A stretch of 64,000 bases of DNA from Gracilinanus agilis (GCF_016433145.1 NC_058134.1:103878914-103942913); one strand, 5' to 3'. Shown: positions 23,993 to 36,044, counted from the first letter of the stretch. Numbers and translations are program-made. Notes: generated by a model from the sequence alone, not told the origin.

Positions 23993-24855
23993 GCTCCAGT
24001 ATTCTATGATCTCTAAAGTGATTTTTGGTTTCTTTGGGGCTTCAGTGTAATATGGGAAATGCTGCATTATTTTGGCCTTTGCAAAGGACACTGCAGTAGG
24101 TCCTAAACAAATACATGGTGAATCACCGACCATCAGGTAATCTGAAAAATAAGTAGAATAGAAAGTAGGCCACCCTTGCTATTTTTTGAAAAATAAGTTT
24201 ATGGACAAATGTACAATTATTATCTCCCTACCACAGGATAAGAAATACATTTTTTGAAAAATAAGTGTTATACTGAGAACAGCAAAAAGACCATCATTTC
24301 ATTACATTTTGTAATGTGGCACTGATTTTCCCCCGCATACATATACTTAAAACCCAAGTGATAAATGTCTTATTTCTTCAAAGTAAAAATGAACGTGTCA
24401 CTTCTTAAACTATCTAATCGCAATAACAGGGGGATTTTATTTTTTTCTACTCTTTTAAACTGTCACTTCTTCCACACATTTGCTTTAAAGAAATAATTGC
24501 TTGACTTAGAAATGATATACCAGAGAAAGTAATTAGTTTTTTTCAGATTTCAGCAATATTTTAATAATGCTTTATGTTCAAGTAATTTAGCAATTAGCAA
24601 TATATTTCTCATTCTGTATCTTAGGAGAATGTTAAGCTATCCAAAAATTGCTCATTTTTTTCCTGTATCCCATTGAAAAAAATGTATTTGCTAATATCAA
24701 TGTGTCAAACTTTCTAAAAAAAGCATATCTATTTCATCTAACAAGAAAGTACATATTGTCATAAAACATTAGATCTTGATTGAAGAAATTATGAATACAA
24801 ATAAAAAGGTAATTTGTGACAGAGGCAACTATTGACATGTAGGAATCAGTTATAC

Positions 24856-24998
24856 TTTGGAGGGTCTCATTCTTTTGGTTGAACATCCACTTGTAATCAA
24901 AAAAGTCACTCTCTGATACCAAGTAGTATATTGGTACCAACTTTCTCTGAAATAGGATAATTCTGAAAAATCAAACTTTGAAAGTTTCATTGACTGGT
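24856..24998 (-). CDS. Candidate exon, 143 nt, phase 1 to 0 (DQSMKLSKFDFSELSYFRESWYQ...RPSK)
   Basis: Strong acceptor ttttattttgtttttcttag|; phase matches the 130-nt candidate across a 135-nt intron; donor AAA|gtataa is weak. Confidence 0.25.
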
Positions 24999-25133
24999 CT
25001 AAGAAAAACAAAATAAAATTGCAAAGGAGTTCATGCAAGAAAACAATCCTCCATTCAACAGTCTTTCCCAAAAGGTCTTTATAGGCTTTCACCTATTTTA
25101 GTCATACCTGGGTAGAAACTCAGTAGGTATTAC

Positions 25134-25263
25134 CTTCTGAAATTTCCAGAGATTTCTTTGTCTCCATCATAACTTTTCCTACTTCACAAGCAGCATTATA
25201 TGTCAGTTCCAATGGTTCTTTGTAGCTCTTTTCATGTAATATCATTTTCCATTGAAGTTCTTC
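25134..25263 (-). CDS. Candidate exon, 130 nt, phase 0 to 1 (EELQWKMILHEKSYKEPLELTYNAACEVGKVMMETKKSLEISE)
   Basis: ccttttctggactgtag| acceptor, GAAG|gtaata donor, single open frame with protein-like composition. Confidence 0.33.
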
Positions 25264-25339
25264 CTACAGTCCAGAAAAGGTCTGATTAGGTGGTAACTAG
25301 TATCACTCTTGTGAAACTCTGCATGGCTATTTGTGACCA

Positions 25340-25480
25340 TAATTAGATCTCCAAAACAACTCAAAGGTTATCAAGTTCCATCTCTTCATTTTATAAATGA
25401 GGAGACTGAGGGCTCTGGAGAGTAAGTGAAAAAGACAATGAACTTCTGACCAACAATTCAACAGTCTTTTGGAACAAAGT
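25340..25480 (-). mobile_element. MIR3-like fragment
   Basis: cattttataaatgaggagactgaggg antisense CORE. Confidence 0.55.
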
Positions 25481-25869
25481 CTATTTGTAATATTGGAGAA
25501 GAAAATTGGTAGACCCACAAATCAATTTGAAAGGCTGGAACCACTCCCTTGAAAGAAAAGTGTTTACTTCATTACAGATTTTCCCTTTAATCCTCTCCTG
25601 ACCCATTTCCTTTTCTTTCAATGTAAATATATGACAAAATGAAGAAGAAAGATCTCCATCCAGAGATGATCAAGGCAAGAAGCACACTGATAAGGGGCAA
25701 GGAAAAACTATCATATTTATGTGGGTAAAATCCCTTATAACTTGGTGAAGAGAGAGGCTGAGAAAAAAACAGAAATAGACCAAAATCCTTTTTCACTCTC
25801 TCTTGACTCCCTTCTTGTTTCAGATATTTAATTATAAAAATAGATAATCCATTTGGTCAGGTTATGTCA

Positions 25870-26040
25870 GTACAATTTTTAATAATCATTTTCTGACATT
25901 TTGCAATCTATATTCTCTCCTTCCTTACAACCATCTTCCCTCTCCAAGATAGCAGGTAACGTAATATAAATTTTAACATGTGCTGTCATGCAATACATAT
26001 TTCCATATTTATAATGTTGTAAAATAAGACATATGTTACT
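25870..26040 (-). mobile_element. L1 3' terminal fragment
   Basis: aataatcattttctgacattttgcaat...catgcaatacatatttccatatt. Confidence 0.7.
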
Positions 26041-26989
26041 TAAATCTTCTATGTAGTTATAATTTAATCTGTTTACTTCAAAAGGCAACTCAAGTGTGAA
26101 AATAGCCCTAATACTCTGCATGGTTATAAACCTATACGTGTAGGGGGAAAGTTGTAAACCTCTAGTCTTTCACTAAACAGAAATGGATCTGAATATCCTT
26201 ATTTCACTTGCCTACCAAAAATGCAATCAAAGTCTGATACTAGTTCTTGGTAAAGATAATAGATGAAAAACCTATGGTTGCCTAAAGGATACTAGATTCC
26301 TGAATAAGGCAATGTCAACACAGGAATGAATATCACATTCTATATCTAAATAAATAAATATTGAATGTATAAATAAAATATGTTGTCCCATATTTAGAAT
26401 ATTGGTTTCAGATACAACATGAAGTAAAGCAGTTGTGGCATGATGTTCAGATTCATTTGACTAATAAAATCAAAGTAGAACACAAAAGTTTATCTTAAGT
26501 TTTAGATATCTTCTAGAATCATGCTAACTGACACAATGAAAATTAGTATGTAGGAACCCATATTCTTCAAGATAGAATTTTGGTCTTTTAAGCCATTTTA
26601 AAAATATTCTTCTAGTAATTGTGAAAAATGCAACACGGTTCTTGACACTTTAGTTAAATATGTGATGGTGAAAGAGAATTCTTTGATCAGGAAACTGAGA
26701 TGTGATATTTCTCATTTTTGACAGCCAAAAGTAATGTTTTCTTTTGAAAACTAGGTCTTCCTTTTTTTTTTCAGAAGACCTCAAAACTGCCAAAGCTTTC
26801 AATTCACATTACTAATAAGATACTTCTTTTTTATAACTAATTCTTGAATCATTTGTCCATTTAGTTCAGATAAGGACTAGTAAAAGTGATCATGGCATTT
26901 TAGAGTTGGGAGAGGTGTTAGTAATTAAAAGATTAATTAGTAGGTTCCAGGCTTTATAAAGCTTAAAGCAGTTATATGCATTTCAGTCA

Positions 26990-27160
26990 TTGTAAGAATA
27001 TAGATTTTGAAGAAACCTCACATGCTTTCTAATCCAACTTTCCCATTTCAAAAACTGAAGCCCAGGAAAATTAAGGGACCTGCCTTAAGGTTACATGAAA
27101 ATAATGGAAGTGGAATTTGAACTCAGATTTTTGACTCTTAAGTAAACTTTATCCCACTAT
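26990..27160 (-). mobile_element. MIR3/MIR fragment
   Basis: ctaatccaactttccc...ggaatttgaactcag. Confidence 0.6.
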
Positions 27161-27853
27161 TATTATTTTTTCTGCAACCATTTTGTTTTGTTTTGTTTTG
27201 TTTCTTTTTCCAGATACAAAATGTAAAGTCTCTTAAGAATATCAAGAAAAAAATGTATTGTCAAAGCTGAGGACCATAAGGTCAAATCTTCAATGGAGCT
27301 TGGAGAAGCTAGATTTTTGCAAAGTCACAGAGATGAAGGAATATTATAAGAAATTAGTCTGGGATAGTTTTTCCTTTTGCTATTTCCTTTGTTATTATTG
27401 TTATTTATTTTCATTACTAATGTGGCATGTGTTTATGAGGGGGAAGGCACTTGGTTCCCCAATGTAGTGATTTTCCTAAGTTCCAAATGGAAGTTCTAGC
27501 AAAAGAAATAGGACACTCCTGTATAATTAAAGCAGACCTTCTTACTACTTGGAATTTTAGACAAAGGAGTTAGATAGGATTCTTTTAAATTCCACAACTG
27601 GCAAACTTGGAATGAAAGTCATTGATAGAGAATAAAGAAAATGGAGCTGTCCTTTCATAGTCATTTTTATGACCAGCCCCAAACTTTAAGTGCAAGCTAA
27701 GAGTTCATTCTAATGATTAACCCAAGGACCACACTCTGCTAGTCTATTAATTGATCTAATAAAATATTCTACCTTAGGCTGCTTTTCTGTGCATTCATTT
27801 TATTATAAAGTAGCCAACCAGTCACAGTAGTTGTAACTCTCTTTCTCACAGAA

Positions 27854-27875
27854 ACACACACACACACACACACAC
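27854..27875. repeat. (CA)n microsatellite
   Basis: About 11 AC units. Confidence 0.95.
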
Positions 27876-28519
27876 TTTATTAAAGACAGACAAGATGATG
27901 TGCTAGCCCTTTATAAATTGCTTAGAAAGGCCTGGAAGAATAAGCAATGCAGTGTCCTCTTAAAGTACAGGAATTATAAAAGTGAGATTTAATTTATCAG
28001 GCTGGGACCTTTTATTATAAATGAATGGATCTTCCCTCTAGCCAGACCACAGATTTAGTTTCCATAGGCCCTGGTATCATTTAAACCAAGGTCATCTTGA
28101 AAATTTGACAAAATATTAAAAAATTATCTTAATTGCATTAATTTTATATTAACTTCATAGAGTCTTAGAGTTGGAAGGCGTCTTGGAGAATACATTTACT
28201 CTAAGTTGGTAAATGCAAAGCATCCACCAAAATGTCTTCGAAATAAAAAATCAAAGGTCTTAAGTTAAAATTGAGATGTTACATTTTAAAAGGGAATTCA
28301 TGTAATTTCAGTGTCAGAGATTGTTCTGCCAATTTCTGTTCTCAATAAAGAAAGGCAAACTTCATTACTATCACAGGTCCTTCAAAGAAAACTTAACTAG
28401 ATCCAATTACTGACAACTCAATGGAATTCATTAACTCTAGGTGGAGTTTTTAAAGGATACCATATCAAAAAGTAATTTTTCTATCCTCTACTCTGTCAAA
28501 CTCATACTTCATCTCTGTT

Positions 28520-29080
28520 GATTCAATACAAATAGTATGTTAATGTAGAAAAAGGATCTCTGAGATTTTCTAGTCCAATTCTCTCATTTTACAGATAAAA
28601 AATAATTATAATAATAATACTGCACTTTAAAGGTTTACAAAGTGCTTTGCATCAATTAGTTCATTTTAAGTCTTAAAAGAAGAGAAATGGTAGTTTTGCA
28701 AATGGAAAGAGAATTAGATTTGGTGTAGACAATCCAAATTCATATATTGTCCTTTATATCTACACCCTATATGGCCTATGAAGCACTTACTCTTGCTGGT
28801 CTTCCACATCCTCTCATATAAAATGAGATGCTTGTATTAGACAACATCAAAGGTTCCTTCTGACTCTGACTCTATGATCTTAACTCATGGGATAGATGCT
28901 ATTCATTTTATTATCTTCATTTTTCCAGCTTAAAAAATGGTAGCATTTAAAAAAATTGTCCAAGGTTGAATCTATTGAGATGTCATTTTTAAAAAGAGAA
29001 TACACACGTCAATAATGGAATTCAAACTCAGATATTCCTGACTCTAAATCCAGTGTTCATTCCCTATATCATGCTGCTGA
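28520..29080. mobile_element. Cluster of MIR/MIR3 fragments in both orientations
   Basis: Several CORE motifs (ctctcattttacagat; ctctcatataaaatgag; attcaaactcagatattcctgactct). Confidence 0.6.
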
Positions 29081-29939
29081 TATGCCAAGTTCATACAAAT
29101 ACTTACTGGACTGTCCTACTTGAGAACAGGACCCATTTTTCCTGACTCCTAATCTAGTACATTTTTAGCTAATTCTTCCATTTCACCTAGATATTTTTTT
29201 CAGTAATGATTTTTCATTGTAAGTACAAATGTTAAAAAAATAACATTTGCTTTATGAATTTTTCAGTGTGAAATTGAGATAACTTTATAGCATTTCTTTT
29301 TGTATAGTACATTCATTAATGTCTTAATGATCTAGCTACCAATCTGGAAAGAAAAGAGGATGATTTTTTTTTCTGTCTTATACCTTATTCACAATACTCT
29401 GAGGCTCAGTATCAGAGTACCAAGGGTTACTAGTTCCAAAAGATTGCCTTTCTCCTTAGCAAAAAGAATTTTGTTTTGTTTCCAGTGTTCTAGACGACGT
29501 TGATTGAGTTTTTTTTTCCTTTTTTTGAAACATAATTTGTGTTTTCTAAGAAGCCATAAGTTTGAAAACTAGGTTGCTGACCTACCTTGAAGCAAGTCTG
29601 AATATTGCTTTTAAAAATCCTTAGAGGAATCCTACTATCTATTTTCAGAACTTTGAAAACTGATCATCCAGAGTGGGCTCTATCTATTTCTTTGGCTTTA
29701 ATATTTTGAATTGCTGGCTCAAAAAGCATAGTTGCTATGGGAGTATATGTACTCAATTTTAGGAAGGCTTTTTCTGAACTATCTAGGCTAAGGTTAGGGA
29801 ATATCTAAAATCTGGATTAAATGTGAAAAATGTAATCAATCATTTGGACTAAGCAATGCTGTTGATTACCTCCAATTTTTCCTGCCAATATCATTTTCTA
29901 ACATAGTTGTTTACATATTAGCTTTCCAATTAAATTGTG

Positions 29940-30170
29940 AATTCCTGGAGGTTTTGCCCTTTCTTTGAATCCCTAGCACTTAATTCAGTACCTGGCACAT
30001 GGAAGGTATTTAATAAGTGTATATTGAATAACACCTCCCTGTCTTCCCACTTCCATAATTTTTTTGTTCATGATCTTCCTTTCTCCTGGTATTTTTCTTG
30101 CTTTTGGTTTTCCTGCACAATTCCTACCCATCTTAAAGACTAAAATCATATACCATCTCTTATATGAATC
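29940..30170 (+). mobile_element. L2 3' fragments
   Basis: ccctagcacttaattcagtacctggcacatggaaggtatttaataagtg. Confidence 0.55.
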
Positions 30171-30184
30171 CTTCCTGCTCCTGT

Positions 30185-30420
30185 GTTTGTGTTTAGCCAT
30201 TTTTCAGTCATGTTTGATTCTTCATGATCCCATTTGGGGTTTTCTTGGCAAGGATATTGGAGTGGCTTCCTATTTCCTACTCCAGCTCTTTTTGCTGATG
30301 AGGAAACTGAGGCTAATAGGATAAAGTGACTTGCCTAAGTTTACATAGCTGGTAAATCTTAGAGGCCAAATTTGAATTTAAGAGATAATGAATCTTCCTG
30401 CCTTAAGGCCTCTGTCATTA
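30185..30420 (-). mobile_element. MAR1 SINE
   Basis: ccatttggggttttcttggcaaggatattggagtgg...ctccagctc...gaggaaactgagg. Confidence 0.85.
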
Positions 30421-30924
30421 GGCCCAAAGAAAGAAATCACTTGTTGTCTCTCCTCTGAAATCCTACAGGGCTATGTCTTAAACTTTTTTATTATACTAGT
30501 TTATACCACATAAAATGTTAGCTTTTTATAGAAGAAAATTTCTAAAAACTCATCAGTTATTGAAAGAAATTTACTCTATGGCCACCTACAAACATAGTCT
30601 TTAATTTTTTAATTCCCCCTATACTGGGCCTCACTTTCTACCCCACATCACTTCCTTGACATGATTTTTCTGGGTCTTTAAGCCACATTCCTCTCCATTG
30701 TTTTCTCTTCCCTTTATCATACATTATCTGCATATTCCTGATATCTTCTGCCACAAGTCACTTTATCTTCTTCCTCCCCTTTTTAGCCTTCCTCATCTTA
30801 CCCAGTCATCAAACCTTGCAAGACAAATCCTTACCTCATGCCCATCAAGACTTTTTTCTAAAGTAATAAAACAGGCAAGACTTGATATATTAGATGAAAA
30901 ACATTGTGTTGTTTCTCTTCTCAG

Positions 30925-31024
30925 TGTGTCAAGTCAGTGTCTGGAAAGATATAAAAAAATCCTAATATTCTTCAGTGAATTGTTTATTAGCCTTCAAGAG
31001 AAACATCAAAACAACAGCATTAAA
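30925..31024 (+). CDS. Candidate exon, 100 nt, phase 2 to 0 (VSSQCLERYKKILIFFSELFISLQEKHQNNSIK)
   Basis: Strong acceptor gttgtttctcttctcag| and donor AAA|gtgagt; only one frame is open. Confidence 0.3.
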
Positions 31025-31449
31025 GTGAGTTAAATCAATCCAAATGATCAGGAAAGGGGGATGCAAACTCTGAAAGTCACAGCCTGGCTATCTTTCAACT
31101 TATAAACCATGTCCCCAACGTTCAGTTGTAAATAGGTTCGAAACTGAACACATTTTCCCTTAGAAATAAATACTATACAATTTTGGCATATGAATGAAAT
31201 GGAATACTATTGTGCTGGAAGAAGTGAAAGGTGTTAGATGTTCAAAGTAATATGATATTTGTATAAAGTAATATGGAGGGAAGTTGGCAAAAGAAGAAGC
31301 AAAGGTTACAAAGAAAAGCAAAAAAACAAAAAACAAAAAAAGGAAAATATCCTTTCTCAAATAGTTCATAATATAGCAAGGGAGATAATTTGAAAGTAAC
31401 TGTCCACAAAATATTTATAAGGTTATTCCTAGATAATAATGTTCAGCCA

Positions 31450-31660
31450 TCTTAATTATGTTTGACTTTTCATCTTCATAACTTCATTTGAATTTTTCTT
31501 GGCAAAAATACTTGATTTGCCATTTCCTTCTCCAGCTCATTTTATACATGAAGAACTGAGGTAAATTGGGTTTAGTGACTTGCCCAGGATCACACAGTGG
31601 GTCTGAGGCCATATTTGAACTCAGGAAGATGAGTTTTCCTGACTCTAGACCCAGTCTTTC
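31450..31660 (-). mobile_element. MAR1 SINE
   Basis: tttcttggcaaaaatact...ccatttccttctccagctcatttt. Confidence 0.8.
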
Positions 31661-32911
31661 TTCAATAGTGGTTCAGAACTTGATAATACTTTTAAAGTAT
31701 TATCCTCCCTCTTAACTAACCCTCCCATCCCCTTTGAATTTAATTTATTTCTACAGCAAGGTCTTTGTGTTTAGGCATGTGCTCAAATCTTTTTTTGTCC
31801 ATTTCAGATGAGTCACTTTCATATGAAGACTGTCACCCTTATGCTTTCTTCCATGTTCTGTATAATTTTCTTACATGTCCCAAATGTAAAAAATAGCAAG
31901 TTTCTTCCTCCTTTCTTACACTAGTATATCTCCCCCCACCCCTCTGTTCTCTTTTCCTTCTTAAAACCTTTAGAATAAAACCAATGTATTCTGGGTCCTC
32001 TGTTTTTATTAAGTCCCTTGATGCTCTTTGAAGATATTAAGATTCTGGAGAGATATTTAATTTCTTCTTCTCTTATAATATTAGCAGTACATCATTATAC
32101 AGCCCCTTCCAACTAATTAGATAAATGTAAAGTTCTAGGTTTCCCTGAACTCTTCTATTTACATTTCAAAGCTCCTACTCAGTCCTGCTCCTTGCATTAG
32201 CAATGATTGAAAACTCTCAATTCCATGAAACATTTTTTTTTATATAATCACACTCAATTTTGCAGGGTTGTTATCATTAATTGTACCTAAGTTATTTGTC
32301 TTCTGGAACCCTGTATTTCAAAATTTCTTCTGATTTATAATAGAAACCTTCATGTCTTTTGTAATGTTAACTGTGGTTCTCTGATAATAGAATTGCTTTT
32401 TTTCAGATGCTTGAGAGATTTTTTCTTTGATATAAGGGCTCTGGATTTTGTGTGACATTCCTGAGAATTTCCATTTAGAGTTGTTCATGAGGTATTAATG
32501 GATGTTTTCTTTCTTTATTTTACCCTCTTATTCTAAAAGATAAAAGTATTTTTCATTTATAATTTTTTGAAATATAATGTCTAAGTTTTTTTTAAGTTGG
32601 ATTTATGGGAGTCTAATGATTTTTAAATTTTATCTGCTTGACCTGTTTTTCAGATCAGTTCTTTGTGATATCAGATAGCTTGCATTTTCTTCTATTTTTT
32701 CAATCATTTGACTATGTTCTAATATTTCTAATCTTCATTTTCCACAAGAGATTCTCCTTGGCTTCCATTGTCCTAGGATCTTATCACCAGAAATCTCATG
32801 ACAATGAAGATGGACTTGACAAACTCAGCACCTTCCTACCACCTTGCTTCTCCTCTCTGATTAGAGGGCTGGAAAGCAGAGCACTTAACTCCTTCAAAGG
32901 CTTTGTTCTGA

Positions 32912-33130
32912 GGTAGCTAGGTTGCTCGTGGATAAAGTGCCAGGTCTGAACTCAGGAAGATTCATCTTCCTAAGTTCAAATCTGGCCTCAGATACCTACT
33001 AGCTTTGTATTCCTTAAACCTTATTGCCTCAGTTCCTCATCTATAAAATGAGCCAAAAAAGGAAATGGCAAATTACTTTAAAATCTTTGCAAAGTAAACC
33101 AGAAATGAGGACATGGAAAGGCAGATACTA
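32912..33130 (+). mobile_element. MAR1 SINE
   Basis: tRNA head, CORE, ggaaatggcaaattact...atctttgc. Confidence 0.85.
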
Positions 33131-33229
33131 CTCAAATGCCAAAAATGCCTTAATTTATAAGGGTTCAAAATTTTCCAGGTAACTTCATTTTTCATCAACT
33201 GCTTGACTTGAGTTTAAGCACAATAGGTG

Positions 33230-33372
33230 CTTAACTCTTTTTCAGTTTCCTTTTGTGTACTATCTTCCTCCATCTCATAATAAGCTCCTTAAGGGCAGGA
33301 ACTATCTTTATCTTATTTGTATCTACAGTGCTTGCAACATAGTAGGTATTTATTAAATGTTTACTATTGACT
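33230..33372 (+). mobile_element. L2 3' end
   Basis: taagctccttaagggcaggaact...catagtaggtatttattaaatgtttact. Confidence 0.7.
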
Positions 33373-33971
33373 ATTTCTTGTTTTCTCATGGAATCATTAA
33401 TTTTTTATCTATTTCTAGTTTTCAGAGTTCATTACTTGAGTAAGATTTACAATTTTTTGCTAAGATATTTATTATACTTTCAAGTCTATCCTCAGAAGCT
33501 TTGATTTCATTTTTTAATCTTTTTTAAAATTTCTTCTAAGTATTTATGTATGGAAAATCCATTTCCCTCCTCTTTGAACCTCTATTTTCCTTCTTTGGGA
33601 TCAAGAAGGAATCTCTAGATCTACTATATTTTCTTTACTGAGAGGCATTTTCTTTGGTTTACTGATGTCTCCAAATTTAGTTCATACACTGGGATTTTAT
33701 GCCAAAACCAGGTTCTACTATCTGTAGCACTTTAAGTATGAGATGGTCAGCCCTGTTTTGTCTCATTCTAGATTGCCTAGCTTCCTGTGTTGATGACCAC
33801 ATCACAGGGTATGGCAGGTAAAAGATAAAATGACTGAGGAAACAAAGGTCTGAAATCTCTAACATATTGGTTTATTAAGCGATGCATTGCAATTGCCCAA
33901 CATTTAGGGCCCTACTTAGGGCCAACAGCTTTCCTCAGCTTTGGCACCAGACCTCAAATATAGGGAAAGTG

Positions 33972-34000
33972 TAATGTAGAAAATGCCATTTTCTACATTA
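33972..34000. repeat. Palindrome with 14-bp arms and 1-nt spacer
   Basis: taatgtagaaaatg-c-cattttctacatta. Confidence 0.95.
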
Positions 34001-34315
34001 TAGAAAGACAATTTTTATACATAAAAACAACTAATCAAGGAATACCAATAAATTAAAAAAATAATTGACCAGATACCATATTAGGTAATCTGATTTCTCA
34101 TCAGAAGAAAGATTAGGGACTTTCCAAGGTAGGAGAGACAGAACAAACAAGTGCATTTCCCTGGAATCAGAAGAGGTGCCCCACTTTCTCCAAGTGTCTT
34201 TATACAATCAAAGGAACATGGAAGCAATAACCAATTCATCAATATGTGGACATTTTTTCAGAGAGGATACATAGAATGCTTGAGAAGTGTAATTGTAAAA
34301 AATTACTTGCCTCAA

Positions 34316-34593
34316 AGAATGCTATCCACAACCAGAGAAAGAACTGTGGGAACAGAAATGCAGGAGAAAAACATATGACTGCTCACGTAATTCGATATGG
34401 ATATGATTAGAGTCTTGATTTTAAAAGACCACTTTATTAGAGATATGGATAACATGGAAATAGGTTTTGAACAATGATACATGTACAACCCAGTGGAAAT
34501 GCTTGTCAACTCCAGGAGGGGGCAGGGAAAGGGGAGATCATGAGTCACGTAACCATGGAAAATAGTCTAAATTTTCAACAAAGGAAAAAAAAA
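34316..34593 (+). mobile_element. L1 3' UTR fragment with poly-A
   Basis: agaatgctatccacaaccagagaaagaactgtggg...; 12-bp TSD tacttgcctcaa (34304-34315, 34594-34605). Confidence 0.9.
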
Positions 34594-36044
34594 TACTTGC
34601 CTCAATTTTAGGATCTGACCAAGTTAGTTTCTAACTAAACTAAAGAGTTTCTAAACAGCTGGTAAAGGGGATTGAGCTTCTGATTCTAGATTCAAACAAT
34701 GCAGTAAGGCTTTCTCCTAATTCACACAATTGAATAACATTTTTTTACACAAGATCAAATTCAGATTATACCCATAATTGAAGGGAAAGAGAACTGAGCC
34801 AGCTCCAAAATTTCCACAATTGACTACTTGTTGTCGTAATCAACCCAAGCCCTTCAAGATTAGGTATGTCCCTGGATCCTCTTCACTATCCTCCATCAAG
34901 AAAGAAAAATAGGGACCTCAAAAGCCCTGGATTCTAGGACTGTCTTACTCTGAACATTGAAAGGCAACACTAATTTCTATTCTAAGATGTGGGCTTCCAA
35001 AACCCAAGATTTTCTCAGTGCAACCTTCCTTTCTTTCTACCTTCACTCACAGAGCCCCATAGCTTACTTACTAGCTTCCTTGGTTCCACTCTGTTTGAGC
35101 TGGAAAGTTGACAGGCTGTTCTTTGTTCTCTAGCAACTTGGCTGACAGCCTCTTTCCCCTATTTTCTGTAAGTTCTAATTGAGTTTCTGTGCAGTTCTGT
35201 GTTGGAAAAAGTCTCTTATTATAAGTTCACATTGTATTTCTTGATCATTATTCAGTTTGATGAGAAATTCTGAATTTTGCTAGAGTAGTTACTATAATAT
35301 ACCTCCATTTATGCACCAGACTGGTGGAAGTCCTGTTGTTTTATTTTCCTTAAATGTTTTCCTTTGGACAAAGGAAGGATGTGTGTCATACTTAAGATAT
35401 ATGTAGAAATGAATATGGCATAAAAACATAAAAACAAAAAACAAAATCCATCAATATATTTTTTTAAATTTATGTTGATAAGCTTTCAGCTGAAAGATAA
35501 TAACCTACTTTATTTTGTGTCCCAGGAGCAATCACTCTATCCTGCCACCCTACCCATCCCCAAACACATATAATAGGAATAAGGATTTGTAATGAATTAG
35601 CTCTGATCCTGAGGCTTGATCCCTCTAGAGCTCAATATCTTACTTTGGCTCATACCCTAACTTTAGACATTCTAGAGAAGTCTTCTAAGGAAAGCTTAGC
35701 TCTGCCTCATATCTAGTTCTTCTCAAACAGGGGTAACGGTGCCTCCTTTGTTCATGTTGTAAAATATAAGCATTTGGAATGGAGTAGTCATTTTACCCAC
35801 TATAGAAAGAATGTAAAACACAAAAGATTCATAGAACTATATCAACGAATGGAAAACCACAAAATATTCATATAATTCAATGCTAATCAGCCTCCTTCTG
35901 AAAGGTAAAGATATTTTTGGTGCTATTCAACTTTTCATTTACCTCAGACCTATCTTATCCAAGAAACTCACAGAAATATCACAGAATTGTAGCAAGGTAT
36001 ATATCTGCTGACATCTCATGACAATAATAATAAAAATAATAATA

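Larger units (their letters stand above)
31700..33700 (-). mobile_element. Old L1/HAL1 ORF1 and downstream region, interrupted by insertions
   Basis: Antisense ORF1 motifs (ctttatttaccctc...ataattttttgaaatataatgtctaag...ctgcttgacctgtttttcagatcagt) that resume at 33370. Confidence 0.7.

Noticed and set aside
27214-27360. Strong + strand acceptor after (TTTTG)n followed by ORF 27258-27467
   Set aside because: All three frames from the acceptor hit a stop within about 20 codons, and the pyrimidine tract is a microsatellite.
35806-35999. Two apparent + strand exons (35806-35904 and about 35951-35999)
   Set aside because: The first has stops in all three frames, and the intervening intron would be only about 46 nt.
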